From Chromobacterium phragmitis (lineage in GTDB: Bacteria > Pseudomonadota > Gammaproteobacteria > Burkholderiales > Chromobacteriaceae), in contig NZ_CP029495.1 of NCBI RefSeq assembly GCF_003325475.1, positions 2,631,353-2,695,352 on the forward strand: a DNA stretch of 64,000 nt, read 5' to 3'. The position numbers were made by a program, and so were the translations under genes. Within the stretch, counting starts at the first letter, position 1. Every line of letters starts with the position of its first letter. The notes below the pieces were generated by a model. The model did no database searches. It saw only the letters and a program-made list of their open reading frames with translations, and had not been told where the DNA came from. Positions 1-9,327 of this stretch are shown here, one piece after another.

Positions 1-1275
1 GCTGTCGACGATGTTGACGCTGTCCGCGGCCAGCGTGCCGATCTCCTGCGCCGCCACCTGGCTGCGCTCGGCCAGCTTGCGCACCTCGGCGGCCACCACC
101 GCGAAGCCCTTGCCGTGCTCTCCGGCGCGGGCGGCTTCGATGGCGGCGTTCAACGCCAGCAGATTGGTCTGGTAGGCGATGTCGTCGACGATGCCGATCT
201 TGTCGGCGATTTCCCGCATCGCCCGCACGGTTTGCTGAACCGCAGCGCCGCCCTCGGCGGCCTCGCTGGACGCTTTTTCCGCCATGCTCTCGGTCAGGCG
301 CGCGTTGTCGGTGGTCTGGTTGATCGAGTTGGACATCTGCAGGACCGAGGCGGAGGTTTCCTCCAGGCCGGATGCCTGCTGGCTGGCCGACTGCGCCAGC
401 ATCTGCGAGGTGGAGTGGATGTGCTGCGCGGCGACGGACAGGTTCTCCGAACCACTCTTGACTTCGCCTATGATCGCGCCCAGCGTCTGCACCGTTTGCA
501 TGATGGAGGCTGCCAGACTGTGTTGGTCGCCGGCGCGCAGGGGGATCTGGCAGTGCAGATTGCCGCCGGCTACCTGGCGCATCAGTTCCGCCACCTGTTG
601 CGGTTCGCCGCCCAGCGTGCGCAGCAGGTCGCGGCGGATCAGCACTGCGATCAGCAGGCTGGCGGCGACGGCGACGATGGCCAGCAGCACCATCCGGTTG
701 CGGCTGGATTGGGTGTTGTCTTCCGCCTGTCGCGCCAGCTCTTCGTTGAATTGTTCCTCGAAGGCGGCCAGTTCGGCCACGCTGTCGTTCAGCCGGGCGC
801 CCTTGCCCGCGTTGAGCAGGGCGGCCGCGTCCTTGCCGCGCTGCTGCACCGCCAGGTCCAGCGCCTGTCGATAGCTTTGGTGCGCGTCGCGGCTGGCGTT
901 TTGGATGGCGCTCATCATTTCCCGCTCTCTGGGCAGGGTGCTGGGTTCGCGCTGGAACATTTGCGCCAATTGCTGCTCGGTGTCCTGATAGCGGCGCAGC
1001 GACTCCTGCAGCGCCTGTCCTGCGCGTGCGGTTTCTCCAGGAGAGTCGGCCAGCAGGCTGTTGCGGATGTCGATGCGGATTTGCTGATTTTGCTCCAACA
1101 GCAGGTGCGCCAGCCGGGTTTCCACGTTGTTGACGCGCGTGATGTCGTGAATGACGACGCTGATGTCGGCGAAGCCGCGCAGGGCGCTTCCCGCGCACAG
1201 CAGCAACAAGGCGATGACGGCGCCGTAGCTGAGCGCCTGCTTGGTGGAAATGCGCATGCCTTGCAATGTCGTCAT
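1..1275 (-). CDS. Methyl-accepting chemotaxis protein; C-terminal part runs off the window edge
   Basis: Reverse-strand translation from the ATG at 1275 gives an N-terminal TM/HAMP-like region and then an MCP signalling domain (…[16 protein letters not shown] matches the conserved MCP signalling motif). ATGA overlap with the cheA stop. Confidence 0.8.
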   Translation of the reverse strand, partial: MTTLQGMRISTKQALSYGAVIALLLLCAGSALRGFADISVVIHDITRVNNVETRLAHLLLEQNQQIRIDIRNSLLADSPGETARAGQALQESLRRYQDTEQQLAQMFQREPSTLPREREMMSAIQNASRDAHQSYRQALDLAVQQRGKDAAALLNAGKGARLNDSVAELAAFEEQFNEELARQAEDNTQSSRNRMVLLAIVAVAASLLIAVLIRRDLLRTLGGEPQQVAELMRQVAGGNLHCQIPLRAGDQHSLAASIMQTVQTLGAIIGEVKSGSENLSVAAQHIHSTSQMLAQSASQQASGLEETSASVLQMSNSINQTTDNARLTESMAEKASSEAAEGGAAVQQTVRAMREIADKIGIVDDIAYQTNLLALNAAIEAARAGEHGKGFAVVAAEVRKLAERSQVAAQEIGTLAADSVNIVDS

Positions 1276-3470
1276 GGCGTGCTTCCTTGCAGTGGCGAGC
1301 CGGGGCGGGCGGCATCGGCGCGCGGCGGCAGCGCGAACCGTTCCGATTCCTTGCGGCATGCGTGTTGGATCAGGGCGGGAACATCCAGGATCAGCGCGAC
1401 CTCGCCTGTGCCGAGGATGGTGGAGCCGCTGATCGCCTTCAGTGTGCTGAACAGCGTGCCCAATGGCTTGATCACGGTCTGGAACTCGCCCTGCAGCGCG
1501 TCCACCACCAGACCGGCCTTGCGATCGCCATATTGGGACACTACCACGTTGCGGCGCGCCGCAGCCGTGGGCGTCAGCTCGAAAAAATGGTCCAGATGCA
1601 GCAGCGGCAGCAGTTCGCCGCGCAGATTGATGCAATCGTGGACGCCGTTTTCAGGCAGTCCGGACGGCAGCTCGATGCATTCGATCACGGTTTCCAGCGG
1701 CAGCACGAAGGTGGAGCCGGCCACTTCGACCAGGAAGCCGTCTATGATGGCCAGCGTCAGCGGCAGGCGGATGCGGAAGGTGGTGCCGCGCCCGGCCTCG
1801 CTGTCGATTTCGATATTGCCGTGCAGCTGTTCGATGCCTCGTTTGACCACGTCCATGCCCACGCCGCGGCCGGATAGATTGGTCACCTGCTCGGCGGTGG
1901 AGAAGCCGGCTTCGAAAATCTGCTGGAACACCGCGCTGTCTGGCGGCTCCTCGTCCTCGCCCAGCAGGCCGCGTTGACGCGCCTTGGCCAGGATGCGCTC
2001 CCTGCTGAGGCCGCCGCCGTCGTCGGCCACCTCGATCACCACGCTGCCGGATTCATGGTAGGCGTTGAGCCACAGATTGCCTTGGGCGGGCTTGCCGCCG
2101 GCCACTCGGACCGAGGTCGGCTCGATGCCGTGATCGATCGCGTTGCGCACGATGTGCAGCAGCGGGTCGCCCAGCTTCTCCACCATCGACTTGTCCAGCT
2201 CGGTTTCCGCGCCGACGATGCGCAGCTGGATTTCCTTGCCCAGCTCGCGCGACACGTCTCGGACCACGCGAGGGAAACGATGGAAAATTTCGCCTATCTG
2301 CACCATGCGCATCGACAGGGTGCCGGCGCGAATCTGCTCGATCAGGTTGGCGATGCTGAGCGTGGCCTCCACCAACTGCGTCTGCTGCGAGCGGCGGGCG
2401 ATCAGATTGGCCGCCGCGCCGGCGATCACCAGCTCGCCGATCAGATTGATCAGGCTGTCCAGCTTGCCGGCCTCCACCTTGATGAAGCGGCTTTCGCCGC
2501 CGCGCCCGCCTCGGGCGTCAGCGGCCGGAGCCGGCTCCGCCTGGATGTCGGCGCGGCCGGCCGGGGAGGGCTTGGCCAGGGACGGCTCATCGTCTGGCGT
2601 CGCTAGCGGGTGTTCCAGCAAGGGATCTGGGGCGGCAGCGGGGTTTTCCAGCGGAAAGGCCTGCCCCAGCGCCCCCATCTGATGCCAGGCGCGCTCCACT
2701 TCGGCCGCCTCGTCCGGCGTCGCGCTGGCGCAGGCTTCGTGCAGGTGGGCGGCGGCGATTTTCAATGGCCAGATGAACAGCTCGCTATCCTCGCGCACGA
2801 ACTCGAACACTTCGCTCAGCGATTGCTCGTCGATGTCGGACTGGTACAGCAATTCGAAACGCAGGTAGTTGCCTTCCGCGTCGAAGTCCGCGCCTGCGGG
2901 CAGGCGGCAACTGATCGCATGGATTTGCTCCACCTCGCCCAGCGTGGCGAGGTAGCGGATGAAGGACGAGGGATCCAGGCCGCTGCGCAGCACATCGGGT
3001 CCGAAGCGCAGCGACAGCAGCCATCGCTCCCGCTGCGACGCGGCGGGTTTGGGATCTTCGTGATGCCGTTCCGGCTGCATCGCTTGCGGCACCGCCAGGT
3101 AGCCCAAGAGCGCGGCCTCCAGCGCCTCGTCCCGCAGCGGCTCCAGCGCCTCGTTGGCGGTCAAGGCCTGGATCAGGAGTTTGACATGGTCGTGGCAGCG
3201 CAGCAGCAAGCCCACGAGTTCGTCGTCCAGGGCCAGTTTGCCGTCGCGCAGCTGGTCGAGCAGGTTTTCTGCCTGATGGGCGAAGCTGACGATGGTCTCC
3301 AGGCCGAACAGGCCGGCCGAGCCCTTAATCGTATGCATCGTCCTGAACAGCGCGTTTAATTGCTCGGCGCTGGTTTGCTCCGCCTCCACGTCCAAGAGAA
3401 TGCTTTCCATCTCGTCCAGCAGCTCGCGGGACTCCTCCAGAAAGGTTTGCAGCGCCTGTTCAAGATCCAT
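1272..3470 (-). CDS. cheA: Chemotaxis histidine kinase CheA
   Basis: 732 aa. N-terminal Hpt domain with the HTIKGSAG phospho-His motif, dimerisation and HATPase_c region (NAIDHGIE…DDGGG), and a C-terminal CheW-like domain. Confidence 0.9.
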   Translation of the reverse strand: MDLEQALQTFLEESRELLDEMESILLDVEAEQTSAEQLNALFRTMHTIKGSAGLFGLETIVSFAHQAENLLDQLRDGKLALDDELVGLLLRCHDHVKLLIQALTANEALEPLRDEALEAALLGYLAVPQAMQPERHHEDPKPAASQRERWLLSLRFGPDVLRSGLDPSSFIRYLATLGEVEQIHAISCRLPAGADFDAEGNYLRFELLYQSDIDEQSLSEVFEFVREDSELFIWPLKIAAAHLHEACASATPDEAAEVERAWHQMGALGQAFPLENPAAAPDPLLEHPLATPDDEPSLAKPSPAGRADIQAEPAPAADARGGRGGESRFIKVEAGKLDSLINLIGELVIAGAAANLIARRSQQTQLVEATLSIANLIEQIRAGTLSMRMVQIGEIFHRFPRVVRDVSRELGKEIQLRIVGAETELDKSMVEKLGDPLLHIVRNAIDHGIEPTSVRVAGGKPAQGNLWLNAYHESGSVVIEVADDGGGLSRERILAKARQRGLLGEDEEPPDSAVFQQIFEAGFSTAEQVTNLSGRGVGMDVVKRGIEQLHGNIEIDSEAGRGTTFRIRLPLTLAIIDGFLVEVAGSTFVLPLETVIECIELPSGLPENGVHDCINLRGELLPLLHLDHFFELTPTAAARRNVVVSQYGDRKAGLVVDALQGEFQTVIKPLGTLFSTLKAISGSTILGTGEVALILDVPALIQHACRKESERFALPPRADAARPGSPLQGSTP

Positions 3471-3756
3471 CGCCGTCTCCGCCGCGCTTGAACGCCAGCT
3501 CCCGCTCCAGTCCCATCAGGAGGAGGAAGTCTTCCAGCGCCTTGCTGGGCTCAAGCAGATCCACCTTTCGCTCCAGTCTGGCGGCCTCGCGTTGCAACCA
3601 CAGCAGCACTTGGGCGCCGGCGCAGTCGATCTCTTCTATGGCCGATAGGTCAAGCAAAATGTCTTCGCCGCCCTGCAGCGCGATGTCCAGCTCGGCCCGC
3701 CATTGCGCGGACTGGTAGATGGTTTGTTCATGGCCGGCGACCATTGATAGCGCCAT
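3460..3756 (-). CDS. STAS-domain (anti-sigma-factor-antagonist-like) protein inside the che operon
   Basis: 98 aa. Sequence typical of SpoIIAA/STAS folds (…DLSAIEEIDCAGAQVLL…). Sits between cheY and cheA on the same strand. Confidence 0.6.
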   Translation of the reverse strand: MALSMVAGHEQTIYQSAQWRAELDIALQGGEDILLDLSAIEEIDCAGAQVLLWLQREAARLERKVDLLEPSKALEDFLLLMGLERELAFKRGGDGDGS

Positions 3757-3783
3757 GTCGGCTCCTTGGCTCGTTGCGCCGTT

Positions 3784-4152
3784 TCAGGGCAGGATCAATT
3801 TGGACACCGCGGTCAGCAGCACCGGGGGCTGAAAAGGCTTGACCACCCATGCCTTGGCGCCGGCCTCCTTGCCTTCCCTTTTTTTCTCTTCCGCCGACTC
3901 GGTGGTGAGCATGATGACTGGGGTGAATTTGTAATGCGGCAGCTGCTTGATGTTTTTCAGCAGGCTGATGCCGTCCATCTGCGGCATGTTGACGTCCGAG
4001 ATGATCAGGTGGATCTTGCGGCCGTCCAGGATGTCCAGCGCCTCCTTGCCGTTTCCCGCCTCCAGCACGTCGTAGCCGGCACCGGCCAGCGTCATGCGCA
4101 CCACCTGTCGCAAGGTGGTGGAGTCGTCGACGATCAATATCGTTTTGCCCAT
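3784..4152 (-). CDS. cheY: CheY-like single-domain response regulator
   Basis: 122 aa. Receiver-domain motifs: DD at the N-terminus, phospho-acceptor Asp in ISDVNMPQMDG, and conserved K in VVKPF. Confidence 0.85.
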   Translation of the reverse strand: MGKTILIVDDSTTLRQVVRMTLAGAGYDVLEAGNGKEALDILDGRKIHLIISDVNMPQMDGISLLKNIKQLPHYKFTPVIMLTTESAEEKKREGKEAGAKAWVVKPFQPPVLLTAVSKLILP

Positions 4153-4170
4153 CTGCGACTACTCCGTCAT

Positions 4171-5100
4171 TCAGAAAAAAGTGATATCGCTGGGGCCGGG
4201 CGCCTTGTCTCCGCCGTCCCGGTTATGCAGCGCGCGTTGCTCGTGGGTGGTGTAGCTGTTTTTCAGCGCGGTGAGCCAAGCATCGGTGTCCGGCGGCGAA
4301 GGCAGTTCGCCCTCGCTGTGGAGCGCCTCGTGCAGCGCGGCTTCCAACTGCCAGATGTCGTTCTGGACGTGGGACAGTATCTGGCTGACCCGGTCTTGAA
4401 ACTGCAAATTGGTCAGCACGTCTTCCACGGTGGCGGCCAGGTCGAAACCGGTTTGGCCCGCCGGGGCTCCCAGATGACAAGCATGGCAGCTGGCGCCGAT
4501 TTCCTGGTCCAGGCTTTGGAGCTGCTGCGCCAGCAGGCGGGACTGCTCCATCACCTGCTCGGCCAGCGGCGCGTCTCCGCTGGCCTGGGACAAGGCTTCC
4601 AGCCGCAGGCTGGAGTGGCGCAGCTGCTGCAGCGTGTCCGATAGCTTGCGCTGCAGCGCGGCCGGCTGTTGCAGCGCGTTCAGCGTGTCATTCAGCCTGT
4701 TCTCCGCCGAGCTCAGCGGATAGGGGCTGTCGTCCTGCGCCGGCTGGTGGCCCAACTGGCGCAGCATGCTGTCGAAGCGTTGAGTCAGGTGGGCGGCGGC
4801 TTCATCTATCTGCTCCCGGCTGAGCGCGATATGGCCGGCCCACAACGGCAGCAGCGCGTATACGTGGCTGGCGTAGCCGCGCCAGTAGTCGGCGCCGGCA
4901 GGGCCGTTGGGAGTGTCGGAAGGAAGAGAGGTCGAGACAGGGACAGGCCACAGCAGAAGGATCGCGATCAACAGCGAGGTCAGGCCCAGCGCGGGCCAGA
5001 ACGAGGGGTGGTTGACCAGCAGCGCGTACTGGATACCCCCGTTGACGGCCAGGCCGATTTGCAGCCGGATCCAGCGCCAGGGTTGAACAGGGGCGATCAT
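4171..5100 (-). CDS. Hypothetical membrane protein with coiled-coil region, upstream gene of the che module
   Basis: 309 aa ORF with hydrophobic N-terminal segments and a Q/L-rich coiled-coil-like middle. GC3-rich codon usage. No recognisable catalytic motif. Confidence 0.45.
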   Translation of the reverse strand: MIAPVQPWRWIRLQIGLAVNGGIQYALLVNHPSFWPALGLTSLLIAILLLWPVPVSTSLPSDTPNGPAGADYWRGYASHVYALLPLWAGHIALSREQIDEAAAHLTQRFDSMLRQLGHQPAQDDSPYPLSSAENRLNDTLNALQQPAALQRKLSDTLQQLRHSSLRLEALSQASGDAPLAEQVMEQSRLLAQQLQSLDQEIGASCHACHLGAPAGQTGFDLAATVEDVLTNLQFQDRVSQILSHVQNDIWQLEAALHEALHSEGELPSPPDTDAWLTALKNSYTTHEQRALHNRDGGDKAPGPSDITFF

Positions 5101-5296
5101 GCAAGGGTCTCGTCGGTCGGATGCGTATTCTTCCTACTGTTTGTAGCCGCTGCGATGTAGGGATGCAAACAGGCAGTCAATTGTCTTAAACCGCGCTTGC
5201 CCGGTTGGGCGGCGGATTTCCGTCTTGCATTTATCGACATTCTGTGTTCAGAATCGAAGCTCGATATTTCAACCTTTCTCAATACAAGAAGCACGT

Positions 5297-6523
5297 ATGG
5301 CACTCATCGTACAGAAGTACGGCGGCACCTCGGTAGGGACGACCGAGCGTATCAAGAATGTGGCCCGCCGCGTCGCCAAGTGGAAGGCTCAGGGACATGA
5401 TGTGGTGGTGGTGGTCTCCGCGATGAGCGGAGAAACCAATCGCCTGATAGCCCTGGCCAAGGATATCCAGGATTACCCCGATCCGCGCGAGCTGGACGTG
5501 GTGGTCTCCACCGGCGAGCAAGTCACCATCGGCCTGCTGGCGATGGCGTTGAAAGAAATCGGCGTGCCGGCCAAGAGCTATTGCGGCTGGCAGGTGAGGG
5601 TGGTGACCGATCAGGCCCACACCAAGGCCCGCATCCAATCTATAGACGACGAAGCGATGCGCGGTGATCTGAAGGAGGGCCGAGTGGTCATCGTCGCCGG
5701 CTTCCAGGGCATGGATGAGGAAGGCAACATCACCACGCTGGGCCGCGGCGGTTCGGACACTTCGGCGGTGGCGCTGGCCGCCGCGCTGAAGGCGGACGAG
5801 TGCCAGATCTACACCGATGTGGACGGCGTCTATACCACCGATCCGCGGGTGGTGCCCGAAGCGCGCCGGCTGAAGACGGTGACCTTCGAAGAGATGATCG
5901 AAATGGCGTCTCTGGGCTCCAAGGTATTGCAGATCCGCTCGGTGGAGTTCGCCGGCAAGTACAAGGTGCGCTTGCGCGTGCTCTCCAGCTTCGAGGATGA
6001 AGGCGAGGGCACCCTGATTACGTTTGAGGAAGATGAAAGCATGGAAAAGGCGGTAGTGGCAGGCATCGCGTTCGATCGCAACGAAGCCCGCATCAATGTC
6101 AAGGGCGTGCCGGACAAGCCGGGCATCGCCTACCAGATCCTGGGTCCGATCGCCGATGCCAACATCGAAGTGGACATGATCATCCAGAACGTCGGCGAGA
6201 ACGGCACCACCGATTTCTCGTTCACCGTGCCGCGCGGCGAATTCAACCGCGCCTTGACCATCCTGCGAGAAGTGCAGACCCATATCGGCGCCGCCAAGAT
6301 CGATGCCGATGACAAGGTGGCCAAAATCTCCATCGTCGGCGTGGGCATGCGCTCGCACTGCGGCATCGCCTCCACCATGTTCCGCACGTTGGCGGAGGAA
6401 GGCATCAATATCCAGATGATTTCCACCTCGGAAATCAAGGTGTCGGTGCTGCTGGACGAGAAATACCTGGAGCTGGCGGTTCGCGTTTTGCATAAGGCTT
6501 TCGGTTTGGATCAGGCGGCGTAA
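5297..6523 (+). CDS. lysC: Aspartate kinase
   Basis: MALIVQKYGGTSVG… N-terminus and C-terminal ACT-domain region typical of monofunctional aspartokinase. Start chosen at the internal ATG that matches family N-termini. Confidence 0.9.
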   Translation: MALIVQKYGGTSVGTTERIKNVARRVAKWKAQGHDVVVVVSAMSGETNRLIALAKDIQDYPDPRELDVVVSTGEQVTIGLLAMALKEIGVPAKSYCGWQVRVVTDQAHTKARIQSIDDEAMRGDLKEGRVVIVAGFQGMDEEGNITTLGRGGSDTSAVALAAALKADECQIYTDVDGVYTTDPRVVPEARRLKTVTFEEMIEMASLGSKVLQIRSVEFAGKYKVRLRVLSSFEDEGEGTLITFEEDESMEKAVVAGIAFDRNEARINVKGVPDKPGIAYQILGPIADANIEVDMIIQNVGENGTTDFSFTVPRGEFNRALTILREVQTHIGAAKIDADDKVAKISIVGVGMRSHCGIASTMFRTLAEEGINIQMISTSEIKVSVLLDEKYLELAVRVLHKAFGLDQAA

Positions 6524-6542
6524 ATATTTTTGCGCTGAATGC

Positions 6543-6571
6543 TTGACAGAAGAAGAGCCCATAATTAATAT
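6543..6571 (+). promoter_or_regulatory. Sigma-70-type promoter for the + strand tRNA array (TTGACA-N17-TAATAT)
   Basis: Near-consensus -35 TTGACA (6543-6548) and -10 TAATAT (6566-6571) with 17-nt spacing, about 15 nt upstream of tRNA-Ser. Confidence 0.65.
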
Positions 6572-6585
6572 GGCGCTCTCTGAAC

Positions 6586-6679
6586 GGAGAAATGGCCGAG
6601 TGGTCGAAGGCACTTCCCTGCTAAGGAAGCATACGGGCTTAAACCTGTATCGAGGGTTCGAATCCCTCTTTCTCCGCCA
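6586..6679 (+). tRNA. tRNA-Ser (anticodon GCT)
   Basis: Cloverleaf with long variable arm, anticodon loop cuGCUaa, T-loop GGTTCGAATCC, 3' CCA encoded. Confidence 0.85.
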
Positions 6680-6685
6680 GATGCC

Positions 6686-6762
6686 GCACCCGTAGCTCAG
6701 TTGGATAGAGTATCTGGCTACGAACCAGAGGGTCGGGCGTTCGAATCGCTCCGGGTGCACCA
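6686..6762 (+). tRNA. tRNA-Arg (anticodon ACG)
   Basis: GCACCCGTAGCTCAGTTGGATAGAGT… with anticodon loop cuACGaa; T-loop GTTCGAATC; CCA encoded. Confidence 0.85.
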
Positions 6763-6766
6763 AGAC

Positions 6767-6841
6767 GTCCCTATAGTTTAGCGGTTAGAACACCGCCCTT
6801 TCACGGCGGTGGCCGGGGTTCGATTCCCCGTGGGGACGCCA
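6767..6841 (+). tRNA. tRNA-Glu (anticodon TTC)
   Basis: GTCCCTATAGTTTAGCGGTTAGAACACC… with anticodon loop cuTTCac; T-loop GGTTCGATTCC; CCA encoded. Confidence 0.85.
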
Positions 6842-6855
6842 GGATTCAGAAAAAG

Positions 6856-6883
6856 CCTCGTATGAAAATACGAGGTTTTTTTT
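6856..6883 (+). terminator. Rho-independent terminator after the + tRNA array
   Basis: Hairpin CCTCGTA-tgaaaa-TACGAGG followed by a T8 tract. Confidence 0.75.
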
Positions 6884-7312
6884 ATCCAGATCAATGACAT
6901 TGGCATTGCGGTTTCGGCATTTTATCTTGTGCTGGTGGTGTCGGACTTTTGATTCGGTTCCAGCCTGGTTTGGCGGCTATGCGGCGGGTGATTGTTGCGC
7001 GCCGCTGATTTCTTTTGGGGTGAGAGCGCGGGTCTGTTGTTTGTGCTTGCTTGTGTTTTGGTCGTCGGGTGTCGGTTGCTGTCGTCCGGTGGGATTTGGC
7101 GTGGCTGCTTGGTGTCATTCTTTGCGTAGTGGCGGATTTGGGTCGGCTTACGATGCTCTTCGGGGTGGTTGTTTCGGTTTTGTGGGGCGGGTGTTGTCAT
7201 TGCCGGTGGTGGCGTTGGATTTGAGATGGGTGTGGGTTGGCGTGGGGATTTGTTTGAGCGTGGAGTGCGCGGCGAGTCTGTCATTCTGAGGTGGGGTGCG
7301 GCGGCGAGGGGA

Positions 7313-7343
7313 AAGAAAAAAGCCTCGTATTTTCATACGAGGC
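7313..7343 (-). terminator. Rho-independent terminator after the - tRNA array (mirror copy of the + terminator)
   Basis: Hairpin GCCTCGTA-tttca-TACGAGGC with a T-tract on the minus strand. Confidence 0.7.
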
Positions 7344-7356
7344 TTTTTCTGAATCC

Positions 7357-7431
7357 TGGCGTCCCCACGGGGAATCGAACCCCGGCTACCGCCGTGAAAG
7401 GGCGGTGTTCTAACCGCTAAACTATAGGGAC
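7357..7431 (-). tRNA. tRNA-Glu (anticodon TTC)
   Basis: Reverse complement of the + strand tRNA-Glu with one substitution. Confidence 0.85.
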
Positions 7432-7434
7432 AGC

Positions 7435-7511
7435 TGGTGCACCCGGAGCGATTCGAACGCCCGACCCTCTGGTTCGTAGCCAGATACTCTATCCAACTGA
7501 GCTACGGGTGC
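7435..7511 (-). tRNA. tRNA-Arg (anticodon ACG)
   Basis: Reverse complement identical to the + strand tRNA-Arg. Confidence 0.85.
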
Positions 7512-7516
7512 AGCTT

Positions 7517-7591
7517 TGGCGTCCCCACGGGGAATCGAACCCCGGCTACCGCCGTGAAAGGGCGGTGTTCTAACCGCTAAACTATAGGGAC
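7517..7591 (-). tRNA. tRNA-Glu (anticodon TTC), second copy
   Basis: Same sequence as 7357-7431. Confidence 0.85.
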
Positions 7592-7600
7592 GCTGAGTTG

Positions 7601-7677
7601 TGGTGCACCCGGAGCGATTCGAACGCCCGACCCTCTGGTTCGTAGCCAGATACTCTATCCAACTGAGCTACGGGTGC
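7601..7677 (-). tRNA. tRNA-Arg (anticodon ACG), second copy
   Basis: Same sequence as 7435-7511. Confidence 0.85.
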
Positions 7678-7714
7678 ACTGTTTCGCGAGACGCTGTGTC
7701 TTGCGAGAGGTCGA

Positions 7715-7743
7715 ATACTACAGATAGGCGTTTTGGCTGTCAA
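7715..7743 (-). promoter_or_regulatory. Sigma-70-type promoter for the - strand tRNA array (TTGACA-N17-TAGTAT on the minus strand)
   Basis: Reverse complement of 7738-7743 is TTGACA and of 7715-7720 is TAGTAT, 17-nt spacing, about 35 nt upstream of tRNA-Arg at 7677. Confidence 0.6.
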
Positions 7744-7867
7744 CACCTCATAGGCTTTTTTTTGCAAAGCCGGTAAACTCGACGGCTGTCCTTGTCGCGG
7801 CACGCCAACATTTTCAGACATTTGGCATGCTGGCCGCGAAGTTGCGAGACATGAAAGCGAAGCGAGA

Positions 7868-8458
7868 TTGAATAACCTGTTTGCACAACCCTGCGCCATC
7901 GTCGACCTGGAAACCACCGGCGGCAACATCGCGCGAGACCGCATCACGGAAGTCGGCATGGTGCTGATAGATGGCGAGCGCGTCGAGCGTCTGTCCTGGT
8001 TGGTCAATCCGGGACAACCGATTCCCCCCTTCATTGAGAATATGACCGGCATCAGCAATGAAATGGCAGCCGCCGCGCCGCCGTTTTCGGCGCTGGCCGA
8101 TGACTTGCTGTCCCGGTTGCAAGGGCGGCTCTTGCTGGCGCACAACGCCCGCTTCGATTACGGTTTCCTGAAAAACGAATTCCGCCGGCAGGGGCTGCGT
8201 TTCCAGGCGCGCGCGCTATGCACCGTCAAGCTGTCGCGCCGCCTGTACCCGCAGCATTTCAAGCACAGCCTGGATAGCCTTATCGCCCGCCATGGCATTG
8301 CGATGCCGGAACGCCACCGCGCGCTGGCCGATGCCGAGGCGGTGTATCGCTTCATCCAGATCGCGAGCGCGGAGCTGGGCGAAGACAAGGTGGCGCATGA
8401 GGCGTCGCAGTTGCTGTCGCAGCCTGCCGAATTGTCCAGTCTCCCGGCTGATCTGTAG
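7868..8458 (+). CDS. DEDDh 3'-5' exonuclease domain protein (DNA pol III epsilon-like)
   Basis: Exo I motif DLETTG, Exo II HNARFD, Exo III H…ALADA. 196 aa. Ends at a TAG that is in frame with the next ORF. Confidence 0.8.
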   Translation: MNNLFAQPCAIVDLETTGGNIARDRITEVGMVLIDGERVERLSWLVNPGQPIPPFIENMTGISNEMAAAAPPFSALADDLLSRLQGRLLLAHNARFDYGFLKNEFRRQGLRFQARALCTVKLSRRLYPQHFKHSLDSLIARHGIAMPERHRALADAEAVYRFIQIASAELGEDKVAHEASQLLSQPAELSSLPADL

Positions 8459-8464
8459 CAGCAG

Positions 8465-9274
8465 GTGGAGGACATGCCGGACTCGGCCGGCGTCTACGCG
8501 CTGTTCGGCGAGGACGGCAGAGCCTTGTATGTGGGGCGGGCGCCCAATCTCTATCGCAAGACGCTGGGCCATTTCGCCGAGCGCAAGCCTGGGCAGAAAA
8601 GCCATGAGGCGCGGATAGACGAGCCGGTGGCGCGTGTGGAATGGCGGGAAAGCCTGGGCGATTTCGGCGGCCATTTGCTGGAGCTGCAATGGTTGAGCCG
8701 GCTGCAGCCGCTGCACAATCCGCGCGCGCGCATGATGGGCGAGGTATGTACCTTGCAGTTGCAAACTGGCGAGGATGGTTTCATGCGGGCGACACCGGTA
8801 TCGGCGCGGGACATCGACTTCACCCGCACCGGCGACCTTTACGGCCTGTTCCGCCATGCGCGCGAGGCGCGCAAGGCGCTGGCGCAGATCGCGCTGGCGC
8901 AGGGCCTGTGCCAGTCGGTGCTGGGCGTCGAGCAGGTGACCAGCCGCAAGGGCCAGCCTTGCGCCGCGCATCAGATACGCCGCTGCCGGGGCGCCTGCGT
9001 GGGCGAGGAGGAAGCGGACAGCCATAATCGGCGTCTGAAGACCGCGTTGCAGCGGCTCAAAGTCAAGCCGTGGCCGTTCGAGGGCGCGGTGGCGGTGGCG
9101 GAGCATGACGAAGTGTGCGGCGACGTGGTCGAGCATCTGTTCGACCGCTGGTGCTATCTGGGCAGCCGCCGCAATGGCGGGGCGCTGGAAGGCGAGCCGG
9201 CGTTCGATCTCGACTATTACAAGTTGCTGGAAAGCGAACTGCGCAAGCCGGATCGGGAGGTGAGGGCGCTTTGA
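8465..9274 (+). CDS. GIY-YIG nuclease domain protein (Cho/UvrC-N-terminal-like excinuclease)
   Basis: GVYALFG…ALYVGRA GIY-YIG motif at the extreme N-terminus. 269 aa. Same frame as the upstream exonuclease ORF. Confidence 0.75.
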   Translation: MEDMPDSAGVYALFGEDGRALYVGRAPNLYRKTLGHFAERKPGQKSHEARIDEPVARVEWRESLGDFGGHLLELQWLSRLQPLHNPRARMMGEVCTLQLQTGEDGFMRATPVSARDIDFTRTGDLYGLFRHAREARKALAQIALAQGLCQSVLGVEQVTSRKGQPCAAHQIRRCRGACVGEEEADSHNRRLKTALQRLKVKPWPFEGAVAVAEHDEVCGDVVEHLFDRWCYLGSRRNGGALEGEPAFDLDYYKLLESELRKPDREVRAL

Positions 9275-9327
9275 GCCGGAGAAGCGAAAAGGGCAAGCTC
9301 ACGCTTGCCCGGAATGCGGAGAAACGC

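Larger units (their letters stand above)
6767..7431. repeat. Large inverted repeat (tRNA-Glu plus terminator, about 118 bp each arm) flanking a roughly 430-bp G+T-rich low-complexity spacer
   Basis: 6767-6884 is the near-exact reverse complement of 7316-7431. The spacer 6885-7315 is strongly GT-skewed on the + strand with no convincing coding signal. Confidence 0.7.

Noticed and set aside
115-1977. 620-aa + strand ORF and nested + ORFs (284-874, 1266-1877)
   Set aside because: They lie antisense to the MCP and cheA genes and translate to low-complexity Arg/Gly/Ala-rich sequence, typical of high-GC antisense frames. The minus-strand translation gives clean MCP and CheA domains.
5279-6763. 494-aa minus-strand ORF
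   Set aside because: Antisense to lysC and running through the tRNA-Ser/Arg genes. No domain signal. The sense strand encodes textbook aspartokinase.
6894-7336. Several 60-130-aa ORFs on both strands inside the tRNA spacer
   Set aside because: They translate the GT-rich low-complexity spacer (Cys/Trp/Gly/Val runs on +, Pro/Thr/Asn/Lys on -). No RBS. The region is better explained as non-coding repeat DNA.
7582-8145. 187-aa and 109-aa minus-strand ORFs
   Set aside because: They begin inside the exonuclease gene (antisense) and read through tRNA genes. They contain the tRNA-derived AGIEPA-type peptide artefact.
8216-9136. 306-aa minus-strand ORF
   Set aside because: Antisense to the exonuclease/GIY-YIG genes. 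Arg/Ala/Leu-rich with no motifs.
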